A stretch of DNA of 41,951 nucleotides from Thiotrichales bacterium. GTDB lineage: Bacteria > Pseudomonadota > Gammaproteobacteria > UWMA-0217. The DNA lies in NCBI GenBank assembly GCA_024763135.1, contig JANTGD010000002.1, positions 1 to 41,951 of the forward strand. The letters are read 5' to 3'. Shown here piece by piece: positions 11,266 through 21,485 of the stretch. Both the position numbers and the translations under genes were made by a program. How positions within the stretch are numbered: position 1 is the first letter of the stretch; each line of letters starts with the position of its first letter. Under the pieces are notes generated by a model. That model was given only the letters and a program-made list of their open reading frames with translations. It did not search any database and was not told the origin of the DNA.

Positions 11266-12063
11266 TCAGACGTCACCATGGAATGCAATCTCCATTTCCG
11301 GACGAGGAATCGCAAAATGCTCAGGATACTCAACGGCTGTCAGAAAAAGACCATACGGTGGAGCGGTCACTCCGCCCTGAGTCCGATCTTTATGCGCTAA
11401 GACGGTGGCAGCCCAGCTGACTGGCCGCTCCCCTTTGCCGATTGCGATCAAAACACCTGCAATGTTTCTGACCATGTGATGCAGAAACGCATTTGCCTGA
11501 ATGTCCAGGTAAATCAGTACGCCATGTCGTTTCACCGAAATCTTTTGTAGGCGCCGTACAGGATGTTTGGCCTGGCATGCAAGGGCGCGATAACTGGAAA
11601 AGTCGTGTTCGCCGAGCAAAGCCTGAGCCGCTTGGTGCATTATCTCTGCATCCAAGCTGCGTTTAATCCAGGTGACGCGCCGACCAAGAATAGCGGGCCG
11701 TGCGGCTGCATTAAAGATGACATACCGATAGTGCCGGGATCGGGCGCTGAAACGCGCATGAAATTCAGCATCGACCTGGCGCGCCCAACGTACTGCGATG
11801 GATTCCGGCAAAGCGGTGTTGCCCCCCATCACCCAGGCTTTCTCCGGTCGAGGCGCCGGAGCATCCAAATGGACCACCTGCCCCAGGGCGTGCACGCCGG
11901 TATCCGTGCGGCCAGCGCACACCACGCCGACCGGTGAGCCAGCCACTTCGAACAGGGCATTTTCCAGCGTCTCTTGAACCGAACTGGAGTGATTTTGCCG
12001 TTGCCAGCCATGATAATGGCTGCCATCGTATTCGATGCCAAGTGCGTAACGGATCTTACTCAT
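11266..12063 (-). CDS. truA: tRNA pseudouridine(38-40) synthase
   Basis: 265 aa. It has IEYDGSHYHGWQRQ and the catalytic Asp motif GRTDTGVHA. Confidence 0.93.
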   Translation of the reverse strand: MSKIRYALGIEYDGSHYHGWQRQNHSSSVQETLENALFEVAGSPVGVVCAGRTDTGVHALGQVVHLDAPAPRPEKAWVMGGNTALPESIAVRWARQVDAEFHARFSARSRHYRYVIFNAAARPAILGRRVTWIKRSLDAEIMHQAAQALLGEHDFSSYRALACQAKHPVRRLQKISVKRHGVLIYLDIQANAFLHHMVRNIAGVLIAIGKGERPVSWAATVLAHKDRTQGGVTAPPYGLFLTAVEYPEHFAIPRPEMEIAFHGDV

Positions 12064-12073
12064 ATCACCAACG

Positions 12074-12099
12074 AAAAAGGCCAGACGAATGCCTGGCCT
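12074..12099 (-). terminator. rho-independent terminator-like hairpin after fimV
   Basis: A 7-bp stem (aggccag / ctggcct). On the minus strand it is followed by TTTTT. It sits only 11 nt before the truA ATG, so it may be leaky. Confidence 0.5.
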
Positions 12100-12129
12100 G
12101 TCTATAGATCAGCGGGTTTCGCGTTGGAA

Positions 12130-15096
12130 TCAGCTGAGTTGTTCCAGGAGCTGCTTTGCCGCCCCCTGCTGCTCATCATTACCCTGAGAAATCACTTCCT
12201 CTAATGCTTCACGGGCACCTTCATCGTCGCCCATATCGATATATGCCTTAGCAAGATCCAACTTGGTACTGATTTCGTCGGCACCCGTCGTCATCGAAGT
12301 CAGCTCCTCATCCATGTCGGACAGGGAGAAATCCTCACCCGCACTGGTGAGATCGAGCCCAAGTGTTTTGGAATCGAATTCTGCTACCGATTCATCCACC
12401 CCGGATTTCAGATCCTGCAGACCGCTTTCAGCGAGTGCGTCGAGCTCGCCCACATCAGGACCACTGTCCTGCACCATGGTCTGATCCTCGCCAGACTCAC
12501 CAAAATTGAGATCGAGATCAGCTGCTTCATTCTGCAGGGCCTTGATCGCATCATCTTCTTCAATTTGTAAAGACTTACTCAGCTCATCAAGATCCGGCAG
12601 TTGTGTGTCATCGGGACTCAGTGCCTCGGCCGCATCATTACCCACCTGCGCCACATCTTCGCCCGCCATTGCCATGGTCTGGTCCTCTTCATCGAGGTCC
12701 ATCATCTCCTCAGGCTTGGGGCGAATCGCCGTCATGGTCAGTCCACCGGTATCCGCATTGACGAACAGCTCATCGTCGGGCGCAATGTCCTTACCCAACA
12801 CAGCCACACGATGCCACAACCCCTCATTCTCTGGAGTTACCTGCTGATTCAGCTTTGCAGCGGTTGCCAAAAACGACTCCTTGTCACCGGCGGCGTGGTA
12901 CGCTTCAGCAAGCTTGGCTAGGTAATCGGCGCGTTCGGGGTGCGCTTCAACAGCCGGCTTGAGCAGATCAATCGCTTGGTCCTGCAGGCCATAGGCAAGA
13001 TAGACATTGGCTTCCGACAAAACTTCGTCTTCATTGAGGCCTTCATCCGCCCCTAATCCAGAGGCTTCGAGTTCGCTCTCGAGCGGAGCGCTTTCCGCGG
13101 CTTTTTTAACCTCTTCCTCGCTGATTTCCGCCGTCAGATCGAGCTTTTCCTCTTCGGGGGTTTCTATTTCAACCTCACCTTCGGGCTGCTCATCCATGAG
13201 ATGCGCAATTTCAGGGGTCTGCGTAACCTCAGGTGCTTCCTCGGCAGCTTCAGGCTTGAGCTGTTCTTCGTCTTTACGACGGAACAGCAACCATGCCAAT
13301 GCGGAGAGTAACAAGACACCTGCACCGGCCCCCATCAGCAGATTAGGATTGTTCTTGATGTTTTCAATCAACCCCGGCGCGGCTGCCTCTGGCGCTGTCG
13401 CTTCAGCCGTTTTCTCACTTTCAGCAGGCTGAGTCTGCGCAGTTTCAGCAGGCGCTTCACTCGTTGCAGGGGGTTGCTCTTCCACCAACAAACCTTTGGT
13501 CCCCTCTGCTGGCTGGCTTGGCGCTGCGGCTTCAGAAGACGCTTGCGCAGGTTCTTCCGCCATCGGAGTGGTTTCAGGCTGCTTGAGTGGAACACCGCCG
13601 AGTTGCTCCTGCAAATCCGCAAGCTGTTCATCTTTGAGCTCGATCAAACGATTTTTAGCTTCCAGCAGCGTTTCCAGCTCAGAAACCCGGGAGCGTAATT
13701 CGACATTTTCCTGTTCTGCAGATGCGAGCTTCTCACGTAAAAAAGTGACATCTTCGCTTGCGGCACCGGCTTCTGAGCCTGTCTCAGCCCCTCCCGCCGC
13801 ACTGCCTTCGCCTTTGGGAACAAGGATTTCCAATCCTTTTTCGGGCGCGCCCTCGGCGCTTTCAGCTCCCTGAGCTGCCGCTTGCTTGACGCGCTGATCC
13901 AGATCCGCCAGTCCCGCAACCTGCGTACCGGTATCCGCCGCAGCCTGAGGAACCCCCTCGGCAGTGACTTTTTCCTTGTACTTCGCGTAAGCACCACCCT
14001 GGGTGGCAGCAAGCACCATGGCTTTGGCTTCACGTTTGCTGATGCTCGCCATGGTTTCGGGATCCGGCACCCGTAAAATATACCCGGCTTTAATTCGATT
14101 CATGTCGCCATTGACGAAAGCCTTGGGGTTATCCTTCAGCAAAGCGACCATCACCTGATGAATGTTGACACCGGCGCCAGGCTGTACCTGCTTGGCAATA
14201 CGAAATAGGTTATCGCCTTTATTGACACGATAACTGTCGCCATCGTAGTAGCCTGCTGCATCGCTTGCAGCGGCAGTAGTAGTACCGGTCGGTGGAGTAA
14301 CAAAAATTTCGGAAGTTCCCTCGGCTTCGCTCACCGGTGTTGCCACTTCGTAGGTCTGAATATCCGACCCATTGGCGGGTGCAGCTTCAGCAACGGAAGC
14401 CCCAGCTGTGAGGAATGGCGGCAGGCCTTCATCGACCGGGTATGTCTCCACATCGACGGTAGGTGCTTCGGCAGCGACTTTAGTCGTGCTTTCTACGGGA
14501 TAGGTCTCAGCAAGCGGAATTTCTTCTTCCTGACCCTGAGCGCTTGCGGCAATTTCAGGGGGTTCTGTGGCGGTCACTTCGGCTTCTGTACCGGCCACAA
14601 ATGGAGCCAGTCCCTCACCGCCAGGCTCAAGCTCCATGGGCGTGGGCTCAGCTTGTGTCACGACTGGCGCAGGCTCGGTCACCGCAGGCGCAGCCGGCGC
14701 ACCCCCCAACACGGGGGGATCGAGCAGCACCGTATATTCACGCAGAAGTTTGCCTTTGGGCCAGGAGACCTCAACAATGAAGTTGACGAACGGTTCCTGA
14801 ATCGGAGCATCTGATGTGACCTTAATGACCGGCTGCCCATTCTCGACCGTTGGCTTGAAATTCAGCTTGTCCAGTACCGGGCTGCGGTTAATACCCACCT
14901 GATCGAAGACGGCATCCGGGGCCAGCTTGACCGTCACACTGCCGACCTCGCCAGGCGACGTGGATACCATCTCTATTTCAGCATTAAGCGGCTGATTCAA
15001 CGCCGAATTCGTAGAAATTTCCCCCAACCCCAAGGCATAGCTCAAGGTGGGACTCAAGATTGCCGATAAAGCTAAGCCCAGAGTTCGTCTACGCAC
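12130..15096 (-). CDS. fimV: FimV-type peptidoglycan-binding type IV pilus assembly/polar hub protein
   Basis: 988 aa. It has a signal peptide, a LysM domain (YRVNKGDNLFRIAK...IKAGYILRVP), a single TM segment (GAGAGVLLLSALAWLLF) and a very acidic cytoplasmic region. The conserved FimV C-terminal motif is present (KLDLAKAYIDMGDDEGAREALEEV). It starts at GTG with an AGGA Shine-Dalgarno-like motif. The position between truA and asd matches Pseudomonas. Confidence 0.85.
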   Translation of the reverse strand: MRRRTLGLALSAILSPTLSYALGLGEISTNSALNQPLNAEIEMVSTSPGEVGSVTVKLAPDAVFDQVGINRSPVLDKLNFKPTVENGQPVIKVTSDAPIQEPFVNFIVEVSWPKGKLLREYTVLLDPPVLGGAPAAPAVTEPAPVVTQAEPTPMELEPGGEGLAPFVAGTEAEVTATEPPEIAASAQGQEEEIPLAETYPVESTTKVAAEAPTVDVETYPVDEGLPPFLTAGASVAEAAPANGSDIQTYEVATPVSEAEGTSEIFVTPPTGTTTAAASDAAGYYDGDSYRVNKGDNLFRIAKQVQPGAGVNIHQVMVALLKDNPKAFVNGDMNRIKAGYILRVPDPETMASISKREAKAMVLAATQGGAYAKYKEKVTAEGVPQAAADTGTQVAGLADLDQRVKQAAAQGAESAEGAPEKGLEILVPKGEGSAAGGAETGSEAGAASEDVTFLREKLASAEQENVELRSRVSELETLLEAKNRLIELKDEQLADLQEQLGGVPLKQPETTPMAEEPAQASSEAAAPSQPAEGTKGLLVEEQPPATSEAPAETAQTQPAESEKTAEATAPEAAAPGLIENIKNNPNLLMGAGAGVLLLSALAWLLFRRKDEEQLKPEAAEEAPEVTQTPEIAHLMDEQPEGEVEIETPEEEKLDLTAEISEEEVKKAAESAPLESELEASGLGADEGLNEDEVLSEANVYLAYGLQDQAIDLLKPAVEAHPERADYLAKLAEAYHAAGDKESFLATAAKLNQQVTPENEGLWHRVAVLGKDIAPDDELFVNADTGGLTMTAIRPKPEEMMDLDEEDQTMAMAGEDVAQVGNDAAEALSPDDTQLPDLDELSKSLQIEEDDAIKALQNEAADLDLNFGESGEDQTMVQDSGPDVGELDALAESGLQDLKSGVDESVAEFDSKTLGLDLTSAGEDFSLSDMDEELTSMTTGADEISTKLDLAKAYIDMGDDEGAREALEEVISQGNDEQQGAAKQLLEQLS

Positions 15097-15225
15097 GATT
15101 TAGTCCTCATTTAGATAGTAATACTTTGAAAAGTTGCATCCATTCTCGACCCAGAATCTCATTATATCAAGGCCTTACCGCACTATGTTAATCAAATGCC
15201 TGTAAGTATATGGGCTAACTATAGG

Positions 15226-16248
15226 TTATAGATAATCTTTTTGCAAAATTTGTGCAATCTGCACGCTATTGAGTGCCGCCCCTTTTCGCACATTATCGGA
15301 GACGACCCACAAATCGAGTCCACGCGGATGTGATATGTCCTCGCGGATGCGGCCAACCCAGGTTGGATCGGTACCAGCTCCCTCGGTTACTGCCGTCGGG
15401 TAACCACCATCTTTACGCTCATCAAGCACTGTCACACCGGGTGCGGTTTCGAGTAATTCGCGCGCCTGACCAGCCGTAATCTTATCCCGCGTCTCAATGT
15501 GCACGGCTTCTGAATGGCCATAGAAAACCGGAACGCGCACCGCGGTAGGATTCACCTGAATGCCCGGGTCTTCCATAATTTTTCGAGTCTCCCAGACCAT
15601 TTTCATTTCTTCTTTGGTATAGCCGTTGTCCTGGAACACATCGATATGGGGCAACACATTGAACGCAATCTGTTTGGGGTAAACCTTACTTTCAATGGGT
15701 TTGCCATTGAGCAACATCGCAGTCTGTATGGACAATTCCTCGATGGCGTCCTTACCGGTACCCGAGACAGCTTGATAGGTCGCCACATTGATGCGCTCGA
15801 TCCCAACCGCATCATGGATCGGCTTGAGCGCCACCAACATTTGGATCGTGGAACAATTGGGATTTGCGATTATGCCGCGGTTTTGATACTGCGCAACGGC
15901 ATGTGGATTGACTTCCGGTACAACGAGCGGAATATCGTCTTCGTAGCGAAAACGCGAGGTATTGTCGATGACGATGCAGCCTGCCTGCGCGGCGCGCGGC
16001 GCATACACATCTGAAATCGACGCGCCGGCGGAGAACAATCCAATCTGCGCCCGCGAGAAATCGAACTCATCCAGATTCTGCACTGTGAGGTAGCGATCAC
16101 CAAACGCAACCCGCTTACCTGCAGAACGCTCACTGGCGAGGGCATAGACGTTACCCACGGGAAATGCCTGCTCCGCGAGTATCGACAGCATAGTTTCACC
16201 CACCGCCCCCGTAGCACCCACCACGGCCACATCAAATTGCCTGCTCAT
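15226..16248 (-). CDS. asd: aspartate-semialdehyde dehydrogenase (short, about 340-aa type)
   Basis: It has the NAD-binding motif VVGATGAVG and the catalytic Cys context NPNCSTIQM. Confidence 0.88.
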   Translation of the reverse strand: MSRQFDVAVVGATGAVGETMLSILAEQAFPVGNVYALASERSAGKRVAFGDRYLTVQNLDEFDFSRAQIGLFSAGASISDVYAPRAAQAGCIVIDNTSRFRYEDDIPLVVPEVNPHAVAQYQNRGIIANPNCSTIQMLVALKPIHDAVGIERINVATYQAVSGTGKDAIEELSIQTAMLLNGKPIESKVYPKQIAFNVLPHIDVFQDNGYTKEEMKMVWETRKIMEDPGIQVNPTAVRVPVFYGHSEAVHIETRDKITAGQARELLETAPGVTVLDERKDGGYPTAVTEGAGTDPTWVGRIREDISHPRGLDLWVVSDNVRKGAALNSVQIAQILQKDYL

Positions 16249-16258
16249 GCTGACTTAC

Positions 16259-17347
16259 CTACTCTCTCATCTCCTGAATTGCATGCACGACCGCATCCCC
16301 CATGGCCACGGTCCCTACTAACTCACAACCTTCGGTAAAAATATCCTGTGTACGCAGCCCTTTGTCGAGCACCTTGCCGACGGCATTTTCCACGCGCTGT
16401 GCCAAAGCTTCGAGATCAAAGCTATAGCGCAACATCATCGCGACCGAGAGAATCGTGGCCAGGGGATTGGCTTTTCCACTGCCGGAAATATCCGGTGCAG
16501 ATCCGTGAATCGGTTCATACATTCCTTTCCCATTGGCATCCAATGAAGCTGATGGCAGCATACCAATGGACCCGGTGAGCATCGCGGCCGCATCCGATAG
16601 GATATCACCAAACAAATTCGTGGTAACCATCACATCGAACTGCTTGGGATCACGCACCAATTGCATTGCGGCATTATCGACATACATATGCGACAACTCG
16701 ACCTCAGGATAATCGGCGCTTACGCGCTCGACGACCTCGCGCCACAGCTCGGATACCTCGAGCACGTTGGCTTTATCCACCGAACACAGACGCCGCGCGC
16801 GCTTCATGGCGGTTGCAAATGCGCTACGCGCAATCCGCTCGATTTCAGGCTCCGAATAAACTAACGTATTGAATCCTTCCCGTTGACCATCTGGGCGCTT
16901 ACGGATACCCCGCGGCTGCCCAAAATAGATACCCCCGGTCAGCTCTCTTACGATCATAATATCCAGGCCGGCGACCACCTCCGCTTTCAGGGTAGACGCA
17001 GATGCCAATTGCGGGTACAGCAACGCCGGACGCAGATTCGAAAACAATCCAAGCGCTGAACGAATACCCAACAACCCCCGCTCCGGGCGCAAGTCACGGG
17101 GTAAAGACTCGTATTGCGGTCCACCGACTGCGCCGAGTAAAACTGCATCGGCCGCTTGTGCAAGCGCCAGGGTCTCGTCCGGCAAAGGCACGCCGGCTGC
17201 CTCGTAACCTGCGCCGCCAATCGCAGCTGTTTCCATCTCCAGGGCCAAACCAAATTCGTCACGCAAAACGTCAAGCACTTTGATCGCTTCTGCGACGATT
17301 TCAGGGCCGATTCCATCTCCGGGTAATACCGCTAGCTTATATGTCAT
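16259..17347 (-). CDS. leuB: 3-isopropylmalate dehydrogenase
   Basis: Starting at ATG 17347 gives [16 protein letters not shown]. The motif NLFGDILSD is present. Confidence 0.93.
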   Translation of the reverse strand: MTYKLAVLPGDGIGPEIVAEAIKVLDVLRDEFGLALEMETAAIGGAGYEAAGVPLPDETLALAQAADAVLLGAVGGPQYESLPRDLRPERGLLGIRSALGLFSNLRPALLYPQLASASTLKAEVVAGLDIMIVRELTGGIYFGQPRGIRKRPDGQREGFNTLVYSEPEIERIARSAFATAMKRARRLCSVDKANVLEVSELWREVVERVSADYPEVELSHMYVDNAAMQLVRDPKQFDVMVTTNLFGDILSDAAAMLTGSIGMLPSASLDANGKGMYEPIHGSAPDISGSGKANPLATILSVAMMLRYSFDLEALAQRVENAVGKVLDKGLRTQDIFTEGCELVGTVAMGDAVVHAIQEMRE

Positions 17348-17418
17348 TCCACAACCTGTTGATTCAATCATTTTGCAAGGTGACGCGCGTTTCCCTTACC
17401 GATGTCACCGCGGCACTG

Positions 17419-18063
17419 CTATTCCGCTGAGAACAACCAGGGCGCTTCCTGAATGCGCCGCTGCTCATAGGCGCGTATTGCATCGGCATGTTGGAGCGTC
17501 AGGCCAATGTCATCCAAACCGTTGAGTAAGCAATACTTGCGAAAGGCATCGACCTCGAAAGACATGTCACGGCCGTCGGGCGTCGTAACGGTTTGTGCTT
17601 CCAGATCAATGACTAATCGATAGCCTGGAGTTTGTTGCGTTTCAACAAACAATTCATCTACCTGCGTTTCGGACAGAACCAACGGCAGCAAGCCATTCTT
17701 GAAGCTGTTATTGAAAAAAATTTCCGCAAAGCTTGGTGCAATTACGGCGCGGATCCCATAATCGGTCAATGCCCACACCGCATGCTCGCGTGACGAACCA
17801 CAGCCAAAGTTTTTACGCGCCAGCAAAATCTGCGCCCCTTGATAGCGGGCTTGATTCAACACGAAATCGGGATTGAGCGGGCGCTTGCTGTGGTCCATTC
17901 CCGGCTCGCCTGGTTCCAGATAGCGCCAATCATCAAACAGATTGGGACCAAATCCAGTGCGTTTGACGGATTTCAGATACTGTTTGGGAATGATGGCGTC
18001 GGTATCGACATTGGCTCTGTCCAAAGGTATGACGAGTCCATCGAGACGGGTGAATGCTTGCAT
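17419..18063 (-). CDS. leuD: 3-isopropylmalate dehydratase small subunit
   Basis: 214 aa with the motif GCGSSREHA. Confidence 0.93.
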   Translation of the reverse strand: MQAFTRLDGLVIPLDRANVDTDAIIPKQYLKSVKRTGFGPNLFDDWRYLEPGEPGMDHSKRPLNPDFVLNQARYQGAQILLARKNFGCGSSREHAVWALTDYGIRAVIAPSFAEIFFNNSFKNGLLPLVLSETQVDELFVETQQTPGYRLVIDLEAQTVTTPDGRDMSFEVDAFRKYCLLNGLDDIGLTLQHADAIRAYEQRRIQEAPWLFSAE

Positions 18064-18112
18064 CGGTTACTCCTGAATCCCTTGCAACGGGGTACCTCGC
18101 AACCCCATCGCG

Positions 18113-18457
18113 CTATTGCTTTGCGGGTGTTGCTTCGGGCACGGCGGGTGCGGGGGCAATTTGATTTTGGGTTTCGTCAGCAGGCGCTGTCTGATACGGA
18201 TACGCCTGTGTGCCGCTGGTCTGTTGCGGGGGCTGAATCGGATTGCCATACTGATCCACATACTGCTCGCTGATGATCTCAGATTGAGGGGCTTCCTTCG
18301 CACTCGTTTCGGCCATTTCAGCGGACGCCTGCTCCGCTTTCTTACCCTGGATCAACAGTCCCAGATTTTCGATGTCCTTGCCCAGACCTTGCGCAGTATT
18401 ACAAGCCGTCAACCCCAGGCTCAGCAGCATGGCCAGCGCGAGTAAGCCGTATTTCAT
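18113..18457 (-). CDS. entericidin-family lipoprotein with a long Gln/Pro/Ala-rich C-terminal extension
   Basis: A strong AGGAGG Shine-Dalgarno motif lies 7 nt upstream of the ATG. The lipobox is LTAC. The mature N-terminus CNTAQGLGKDIENLG matches the EcnA/EcnB pattern CNT.RG.G.DI...G. Confidence 0.65.
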   Translation of the reverse strand: MKYGLLALAMLLSLGLTACNTAQGLGKDIENLGLLIQGKKAEQASAEMAETSAKEAPQSEIISEQYVDQYGNPIQPPQQTSGTQAYPYQTAPADETQNQIAPAPAVPEATPAKQ

Positions 18458-18616
18458 GGTGTACCTCCTGCTTCGATTTTTTTGTGAAGACGGTCAATTT
18501 TACCTGAGCTCAGCTGTGAAGTGGTGGGAAATTTGACACAGCGAGCGCGCTTTGCCCTAATTTCCAAGACAGGCAACCGCCCAGGCAGAAACGTATCCGC
18601 AATGGCGCCCAGCGGA

Positions 18617-20029
18617 TCACACATCCGGCAAATTCCGCACATCTGTAAAATGCCCGGTGACCGCCGCAGCCGCCGCCATCGCTGGGCTGACCAAATGCGT
18701 CCGTCCCCCCTGGCCCTGGCGACCTTCAAAGTTGCGATTCGAGGTAGACGCGCAGCGCTCTCCGGGTTCGAGTCGATCGGCATTCATGGCCAGACACATG
18801 GAGCAGCCGGGCTCGCGCCATTCGAAACCTGCCGAGACAAAGACTTTGTCCAGGCCTTCTTGTTCAGCCTGACGCTTGACCAGTCCCGAACCGGGTACCA
18901 CCAACGCCTGCTTGACCGTGTTGGCGAGGTGCCGGCCAGCCACCACCTCGGCCGCAGCCCGTAGGTCTTCGATCCGGGAATTGGTGCAGGAGCCAATAAA
19001 GACTTTGTCGATCGCCACCTCCGTCATTGGCACCCCGGGGTCAAGCCCCATATACGCCAGTGCGCGGACCATACCCTCGGCTCGTACCGGATCTGCTTCG
19101 GCGCTCGGATCGGGTACACGCTCTGTAATCGGAATCACCATTTCCGGAGAAGTCCCCCAGGTTACTTGCGGCGCAATCTGTGTTGCATCCAATTCGATGG
19201 TCACATCAAAATGCGCGTCATCGTCAGAGACTAACGTTTGCCACTGCGCAACAGCTGCATCCCAAAGCGCGCCCTGCGGTGCGAACGGTCGCGCCCGAAC
19301 ATAGTCCAAAGTGACCGCATCGACTGCCACCATGCCAGCACGCGCGCCGGCTTCGATCGCCATATTGCAGACCGTCATTCGCCCTTCCATCGACAAAGCA
19401 CGGATGGCGGAGCCGGCAAATTCGATCGCATAACCTGTGCCGCCTGCTGTGCCGATACGTGCTATCACTGCAAGCACAATATCCTTCGCGGTTACCCCCG
19501 GGCCAAGCTGACCTTCCACGCGGACCAGCATGTTCTGCATTTTTTTCTGGATCAGGCACTGAGTCGCAAGGACATGCTCGACCTCGGAGGTGCCTATGCC
19601 GTGGGCCAAGGCGCCAAACGCGCCGTGTGTCGAAGTATGCGAATCACCGCAGACAACCGTCATGCCCGGCAGCGTCGCACCCTGCTCCGGCCCAATAACA
19701 TGCACGATACCCTGGCGGATATCCTGCATTTTGAATTCAGTAATTCCAAAGGTTTCACAGTTACGATCAAGTGTCTCGACCTGTAAGCGTGAGATGGGAT
19801 CGGCAATCCCCTGAGAGCGATCCGTGGTTGGAACGTTATGGTCGGGAACGGCCAGCACCGAGGCACGCCGCCAGGGTTCGCGGCCTGCCAGGCGCAAACC
19901 TTCGAATGCTTGGGGAGAAGTGACTTCATGCACGAGGTGACGGTCGATATACAACAGCGTTGTGCCGTCGTCTTCCTGGCGCACCACATGGGCATCCCAA
20001 AGTTTATCGTAAAGCGTTTTGCCACTCAT
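18617..20029 (-). CDS. leuC: 3-isopropylmalate dehydratase large subunit
   Basis: 470 aa. The Fe-S cluster Cys motifs VCGDSHT, GSCTNSR and PGCSMCL are present. A GAGGA Shine-Dalgarno-like motif lies 9 nt upstream. Confidence 0.95.
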   Translation of the reverse strand: MSGKTLYDKLWDAHVVRQEDDGTTLLYIDRHLVHEVTSPQAFEGLRLAGREPWRRASVLAVPDHNVPTTDRSQGIADPISRLQVETLDRNCETFGITEFKMQDIRQGIVHVIGPEQGATLPGMTVVCGDSHTSTHGAFGALAHGIGTSEVEHVLATQCLIQKKMQNMLVRVEGQLGPGVTAKDIVLAVIARIGTAGGTGYAIEFAGSAIRALSMEGRMTVCNMAIEAGARAGMVAVDAVTLDYVRARPFAPQGALWDAAVAQWQTLVSDDDAHFDVTIELDATQIAPQVTWGTSPEMVIPITERVPDPSAEADPVRAEGMVRALAYMGLDPGVPMTEVAIDKVFIGSCTNSRIEDLRAAAEVVAGRHLANTVKQALVVPGSGLVKRQAEQEGLDKVFVSAGFEWREPGCSMCLAMNADRLEPGERCASTSNRNFEGRQGQGGRTHLVSPAMAAAAAVTGHFTDVRNLPDV

Positions 20030-20233
20030 CGGTCACTGTCCTCAGTGCGTTTTGCAGTCATGATTACGGACGGCGCAATTCCCTTAAGCCATGCAACGGG
20101 CATTGCAACAGCGAGCTGTAAGCGCCTTAATAAAGCTAAAACAATCCTTCGTACAACCCACTCATAGCACAGTGCACGCGCCCAACAAGAGGGAAATTTA
20201 CCTGAAGAAAGGATATCACTCAAATTTATTATT

Positions 20234-20246
20234 TCGATAGAATCGA
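20234..20246. promoter_or_regulatory. T-N11-A palindrome (TCGAT-AGA-ATCGA), candidate LysR-type binding site
   Basis: A perfect 5-bp inverted repeat that fits the generic LysR T-N11-A pattern. It lies in the leuC/LysR divergent spacer, 15 bp upstream of the LysR ATG. Confidence 0.25.
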
Positions 20247-20260
20247 TTACTATTTGGAAT

Positions 20261-21199
20261 ATGGATCTTCAAGCACTCAAAGCCTTTGTCAGCATTACGC
20301 AAACAGGTTCCTTTTCTGCCGCCGCGCAACGGCTGCATCTTTCCCAGCCGGCGATCAGCAAGCGCATCGCGGGATTGGAACAGACACTCGAGCAACCCCT
20401 CTTCGACCGCATTGGCAAGCAGGTGCAACTCACCGAAGCGGGCGCACTGCTGCTCCCGCAGGCACAAGCGATCCTCGATGCAGTCGCGCATACAGAACGG
20501 ACTGTGCGGAATCTGCGCGGCAAAGTGAGTGGCGTTTTGCGGATGGGGACATCTCACCACATCGGCATGCATCGCCTGCCGCCGATACTACGGCAGTACG
20601 CCAAAACCTATCCGGAGGTAACACTGGCCCTGGAATTTCTTGGCTCGGAAGCTGCATGTCGACGGGTTGAGCGAGGTGAACTCGAGTTCGCGCTCGCCAC
20701 CCTGCCACCGGTACTCGACGCGCCACTGCTCCTGGAGGCGGTTTGGAAAGATCGGCTCGTCGTCTGTGCCACCATGGAGTTCGCAGACTCGGCCGCAGCA
20801 GGCAGTGACCCACTGCCACAACTGGCACAAAGCCGCGCACTCCTACCCAAACCCGACACCACCACGCGTCAGATCATTGAGGAAGCGCTGGTGGCCCATG
20901 GCATTACGTTGCGCCATGTCATGGAAACAAACAATCTTGAAACGATTAAGAAAATGGTGGAAATCGGTCTTGGTTGGAGCGTATTGCCGGAATCGATGCT
21001 CGATGCAATTGTTCAACCACTGGCAGACTGCCCTATCACTCCTGTGCGGCAACTCGGTATCGTCCGCCATCGCAAACGCAGCCTGAGTAATGCAGCCCAA
21101 GCGATGCTGCATTTGATTCGATTACAAACAGCCGAGTTTCAGCCCCGCTACCCGGTGGCTAGCACACGACGGCGGGAGCCCCATGGTTTTTCGAAATAG
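20261..21199 (+). CDS. LysR-family transcriptional regulator, divergent from leuC
   Basis: 312 aa. It has the N-terminal wHTH LKAFVSITQTGSFSAAAQRLHLSQPAISKRIAGLE and a LysR substrate-binding domain. Confidence 0.88.
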   Translation: MDLQALKAFVSITQTGSFSAAAQRLHLSQPAISKRIAGLEQTLEQPLFDRIGKQVQLTEAGALLLPQAQAILDAVAHTERTVRNLRGKVSGVLRMGTSHHIGMHRLPPILRQYAKTYPEVTLALEFLGSEAACRRVERGELEFALATLPPVLDAPLLLEAVWKDRLVVCATMEFADSAAAGSDPLPQLAQSRALLPKPDTTTRQIIEEALVAHGITLRHVMETNNLETIKKMVEIGLGWSVLPESMLDAIVQPLADCPITPVRQLGIVRHRKRSLSNAAQAMLHLIRLQTAEFQPRYPVASTRRREPHGFSK

Positions 21200-21240
21200 A
21201 GATTTTTGTTGGTCTATAAGGGTGACCACTTAGCGAGTGG

Positions 21241-21293
21241 TCAAAGAATGAAGTCACTGCCCAAATTGTCCCTGAAATACGTCCAATCAAGGC
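21241..21293 (+). repeat. 53-bp intergenic repeat R1, copy 1
   Basis: The sequence tcaaagaatgaagtcactgcccaaattgtccctgaaatacgtccaatcaaggc matches 41695-41748 at 47 of 53 positions in the same orientation. Confidence 0.75.
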
Positions 21294-21452
21294 TATACAT
21301 GTGAGTTTTCAAGTATCACTGGAATATTTAAATACGGAGCTGGCGCATTTCAGGGTGCGCTGAGCAGTGGCCGTTAGCTTAGTACTCCAAAATCGCCACA
21401 CTTCGGAGGAAACGGCATGCAGGCTTTCGCAACTACGTCCTATGGCCGCCGT

Positions 21453-21485
21453 AGAAAGAAAACGGCCCTCGAAAAAAGGGCCGTT
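21453..21485 (-). terminator. rho-independent terminator of the outer-membrane protein gene
   Basis: A 9-bp GC-rich stem (aacggccct / agggccgtt) with a 7-nt loop. On the minus strand it is followed by TTCTTTCT. Confidence 0.6.

Noticed and set aside
12130-13700. Highly acidic, repetitive-looking sequence in the 3-prime half of fimV, considered as a tandem DNA repeat or a degraded gene.
   Set aside because: The reading frame is intact. It ends in the conserved FimV C-terminal motif. A low-complexity Glu/Asp/Ala-rich cytoplasmic region is normal for FimV proteins.
20026-20223. A 65-aa ORF ending in an ATGA overlap with leuC, considered as a possible leu leader peptide or attenuator.
   Set aside because: Only a TTG start is available and I saw no Shine-Dalgarno motif. 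There is no run of consecutive Leu codons and no obvious terminator/antiterminator pair, so it does not resemble an enteric-type leu leader.
21248-21304. Short ORFs starting inside repeat R1. Copy 1 encodes MKSLPKLSLKYVQSRLYM. Copy 2, at 41702-41764, encodes MKSLRRLPLKYVGSRAAPRR.
   Set aside because: There is no Shine-Dalgarno motif. All substitutions between the two copies within the shared codons are nonsynonymous, and the peptides diverge completely after codon 15. This pattern argues against selection on a protein.
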